Notes under the pieces: generated by a model
Told to the model about the DNA's origin: nothing
The model's database searches: none
Seen by the model: only the letters and a program-made list of their open reading frames with translations
Assembly (NCBI GenBank): GCA_036153155.1
Contig: JAYZMM010000017.1
Coordinates: 1,292-65,291, forward strand
Reading direction: 5' to 3'
Source of the DNA: Planctomycetota bacterium
Lineage (GTDB): Bacteria > Planctomycetota > Planctomycetia > Pirellulales > UBA7805
DNA: 64,000 bases
Shown: one piece after another, positions 61,295-64,000 of the stretch
Position numbering within the stretch: position 1 is the first letter of the stretch
Layout of the letters: every line of letters starts with the position of its first letter
Translations under genes and position numbers: made by a program

Positions 61295-62521
61295 TTAAGG
61301 CAACTGTACCCATTCCAGAATGACCCACCCCACCTTTGCCAGAGAATCTCCAGAGCATCGTGCCGGTGTATCTTCATCCGTGTGCCAATATCGATTTACG
61401 GGAAATCTCGGATAGTCAAAATCAATAATTTCGCAAGTTGGAATTTTTCCAACGTTTCGCAGCATTAGATGATCGTCTCGGATAGGTGTCCGCATTTTAG
61501 GGTGCGTGCGACCAATGAATTCTTTGACTCCCAGTCGCTCGGCGGTACCCCAGATTTCCTTAGTGATCGGTCGCGTGTCCTTCCACCAGACACTATTTCG
61601 ATCTTGGTAAATCTGAAGATGTCGGTCACCAATCATGTCTAACACGACCCCCTTCTTGTATTGGTATGGAGGTGAGTTTTTTTGATAGTCCCGTGCGAAG
61701 TATTCTGAACCCCAGAAATAGCGTTGAGGTGGAAAATCTGAAAAGACGAATTCCTCGGCATCTACCAAAAGGAAATCAACTCCGTACGGGCTTTCCAATT
61801 CCCGCATCAAGTACGCGAGTTCCATTAATAATGCCACACCGCTGGCACCATCATTTGCTCCCAGGAATAAATCACCCCGCTGATTTTTTGGGACACGAGA
61901 ATTGTCTCCCTGAGGGCGGGTGTCATAATGCACGCAAATTAAAATTCTATCACGTTTTTCCGGATGCCATTCCACAATCAAATTCGCAGCTTCTTGAGGC
62001 GTACCATGTTGAGGATGGGGAAAACTGAATTTCTGTAACCGTACCTTTCCACCTAAATTCCGAAAGTGATTCGTAAGTATCTCTTGTTGCCTCTGCATGG
62101 CTTCTGACCCAGTAACACGAGGGCCAAGGTCACAGATGTCTTGGAGGAAACGAAAAGCACGATCTTTATCTAGAGGGCTATTGCCTGTTGTCTCACTGAC
62201 GGTGAGCACAATTCCGGATGGTGTGTCTGAATCATCCGGAAGCAACACTTCATCTACCGAAGCAGCATGTTGAGTAACAGGTTGCTCGACCAAGGATTTA
62301 TTTTTTGCACCCTGCTCCCATGGAGAGTCTGTGGTTTGACACCCTGAGATAAGTAAACAGACACACGTCATGAATCGGAGACAACAACCGTATCCTTTCA
62401 CTGACCTGAATACGGTATCAGGAATCAAGGCTAGATCACATCGTCGCGCGCCACCGTCGGCACAAAGCAAAGTTGCCCGGCGTCTTTTGTGGGTGTTCAA
62501 GAAGCTTATTTCAACAATCAT
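61295..62521 (-). CDS. M28 family peptidase / glutaminyl-peptide cyclotransferase-like protein
   Basis: GANDGASGVALLMELAY is typical of M28/glutaminyl cyclase metal-site loops, and LVDAEE and HTDEDT are also present. An alternative lipoprotein-type start lies at 62371 (MTCVCLLISGC). Confidence 0.7.
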   Translation of the reverse strand: MIVEISFLNTHKRRRATLLCADGGARRCDLALIPDTVFRSVKGYGCCLRFMTCVCLLISGCQTTDSPWEQGAKNKSLVEQPVTQHAASVDEVLLPDDSDTPSGIVLTVSETTGNSPLDKDRAFRFLQDICDLGPRVTGSEAMQRQQEILTNHFRNLGGKVRLQKFSFPHPQHGTPQEAANLIVEWHPEKRDRILICVHYDTRPQGDNSRVPKNQRGDLFLGANDGASGVALLMELAYLMRELESPYGVDFLLVDAEEFVFSDFPPQRYFWGSEYFARDYQKNSPPYQYKKGVVLDMIGDRHLQIYQDRNSVWWKDTRPITKEIWGTAERLGVKEFIGRTHPKMRTPIRDDHLMLRNVGKIPTCEIIDFDYPRFPVNRYWHTDEDTPARCSGDSLAKVGWVILEWVQLP

Positions 62522-62734
62522 ACTTCAGAGTAACGACTCTCGGTTCTCTCGCATGGATTCGCGATCCCGTCTCCTATTGTAGCCCTCGTGGCATGAAGCG
62601 GCACATAGAAGATTTGAGCGAATCTCGTTATTTTATCGAGAACAGTGAAGCTATGCCTTGAAGACGCTCTATCGCAGATGGTACGATGTGAGATTGTCTT
62701 TATTTCGCTGAGAAGAGGCTTAACAAAACTATCT

Positions 62735-63595
62735 ATGTTTGCAAAAGAACAATATCAGTTACTTGATTTCGGCGAGGGTCGTCGATTGGAACGCTTTGGA
62801 GAATTTATTCTTGATCGCCCAAGTGTTGCTGCAGAGGGTATGCCGAAGCAACAAGCCGAATTATGGAGCTCGGCGCACGCCACTTATATCCGTCGCGGTG
62901 CAAACGAAGGAGCGTGGCAGAGCGCAAATCAGATGCCATTATCTTGGAAAATACAGCATGAGAACTGCGACCTTGAATTAAAGTTGACCGACTTTGGTCA
63001 CGTGGGTGTTTTTCCAGAGCAGTCTGGAAATTGGGATTGGATGACGAGACAGTTAAAAAGCACGGATGAAACACTCAAAGTATTAAATTTATTTGCATAC
63101 ACTGGTGGCGCAACACTCACCGGGGCTGCAAACGGGGCTGAAGTGGTTCATGTCGACTCGGCACAAAATAGTGTGCTATGGGCGAGAAGAAATACAGAGT
63201 CGAGCGGACTAACCGATGCTTCCATTCGCTGGATTACAGAGGATTCCAGAAAATTCGCCACTCGAGAGCTAAAGCGGGGAAACAAATATCATGGCGTTGT
63301 CATGGACCCCCCGAGCTATGGGCACGGGCCAAAGGGGGAGGTTTGGAAGATTCAACAGGATTTGGACGAACTGCTCGACCTTTGCATGCAATTAACGGCA
63401 CATGATAGAAGATTTATTTTGATCAGCTGTCATACCACTGGCTATTTGCCTCACGATTTAGAACAAAAATTACGGATTGCTTTGGGAAGTGGTCACGGAG
63501 GAACTTTTGAGTCAGGAGGATTGGCTATTCGCTCTGCTGACGGTCGGCAATTGCCTTGTGGTATTGCTGTTCGTTGGACGAAGAAAATTGATTAA
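62735..63595 (+). CDS. Class I SAM-dependent RNA methyltransferase (RlmI/RlmK-like catalytic domain)
   Basis: VLNLFAYTGGATL (motif I), VVHVDSAQ and VVMDPPSYG (the DPP motif IV). I chose the ATG at 62735 (MFAKEQYQLLDFGEG); the track start at 62645 is GTG. Confidence 0.8.
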   Translation: MFAKEQYQLLDFGEGRRLERFGEFILDRPSVAAEGMPKQQAELWSSAHATYIRRGANEGAWQSANQMPLSWKIQHENCDLELKLTDFGHVGVFPEQSGNWDWMTRQLKSTDETLKVLNLFAYTGGATLTGAANGAEVVHVDSAQNSVLWARRNTESSGLTDASIRWITEDSRKFATRELKRGNKYHGVVMDPPSYGHGPKGEVWKIQQDLDELLDLCMQLTAHDRRFILISCHTTGYLPHDLEQKLRIALGSGHGGTFESGGLAIRSADGRQLPCGIAVRWTKKID

Positions 63596-63611
63596 ACGTG
63601 ATCATTCTTAG

Positions 63612-64000
63612 ATGACAGAATTTCCGGCAATCACCAGTCCGCGGAATGAAAAGGTCAAGGCTGCAGTCAAGCTGCGGCGACGCAAACACCGCGGTCGACA
63701 AGGAAGAACTTTGATTGACGGCGCTCGTGAGTTAATCCGTGCTGTATCGGCCGGGGTTAACGTGGAGGAAATTTATTTTTGCACATCTCTTTGTGGCACG
63801 ACGGAGAGCCGTCGTTTGCTTGCGCAACTTGATGAATTCCAGATGGATATTTATGAAGTCTCGGAAGTTGTCTTCGAAAAACTCGCATATGGTGAACGAG
63901 CAGAGGGATTCATTGGTGTTGCCATTCCACCGGAAATCGAACTAGATGATCTAAAATTACCTGAAAATCCTCTGGTAGCCATTATTGAGGGTATCGAAAA
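63612..64000 (+). CDS. TrmH/SpoU family RNA 2'-O-methyltransferase, N-terminal part (3' end outside window)
   Basis: Absent from the ORF track. Translating from ATG 63612 gives MTEFPAITSPRNEKVKAAVKLRRRKHRGRQGRTLIDGARELIRAVSAG..., open to the window end. The pattern ITS..N..VK....L...K.R...G.F..EG matches the SpoU substrate-binding N-terminus. Confidence 0.75.
   Translation, partial: MTEFPAITSPRNEKVKAAVKLRRRKHRGRQGRTLIDGARELIRAVSAGVNVEEIYFCTSLCGTTESRRLLAQLDEFQMDIYEVSEVVFEKLAYGERAEGFIGVAIPPEIELDDLKLPENPLVAIIEGIE

Overview
This is a housekeeping-rich, probably origin-proximal chromosomal segment. Gene content suggests a member of the Planctomycetota: a formylglycine-type sulfatase, a CxxCH heme domain fused to redoxin and Cu-monooxygenase-like domains, a large SGNH-like/beta-propeller/HEAT protein, a ThuA-like protein, a DUF721 gene and two tandem clpP genes. 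This is an inference, not a database hit. I support about 49 CDS, including two that run off the window edges and are absent from the ORF track (cimA-like at 1..1527 and a TrmH-family gene at 63612..64000). There is also one tRNA-Gly(GCC) and two clear intrinsic-terminator hairpins. Replication and segregation genes are clustered: ftsK, gyrB, a DUF721/DciA-like gene, dnaN, a short dnaA-like gene and gyrA. I found no rRNA, CRISPR array, transposase, integrase, reverse transcriptase or recognisable defence gene, and no sign of a mobile island. I cannot point to a clearly novel multi-gene system. The most unusual item is the replication-initiation locus. It has a 299-aa DnaA homologue lacking domains I-II and the AAA+ lid, next to a 295-bp spacer that is about 70% A+T and G-poor. 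That spacer carries five copies of a CAACAA-core motif instead of canonical DnaA boxes, and is followed by dnaN, a DciA-like gene (no recF) and gyrB. Secondary curiosities:
- An FtsK with a roughly 130-aa poly-acidic tail after its gamma domain.
- A POT transporter with a roughly 220-aa soluble insertion containing a type II secretion pseudopilin (GspG)-like motif.
- A redoxin / heme c / PHM-DBH-like copper monooxygenase / EF-hand fusion protein, flanked by an ECF sigma factor, a WYL regulator and an MMPL transporter.
- A eukaryote-type PTPMT1-like phosphatase.
- A terminator-type hairpin immediately upstream of the cimA start codon.
All functional calls rest on motifs I recognised by eye. No searches were run.
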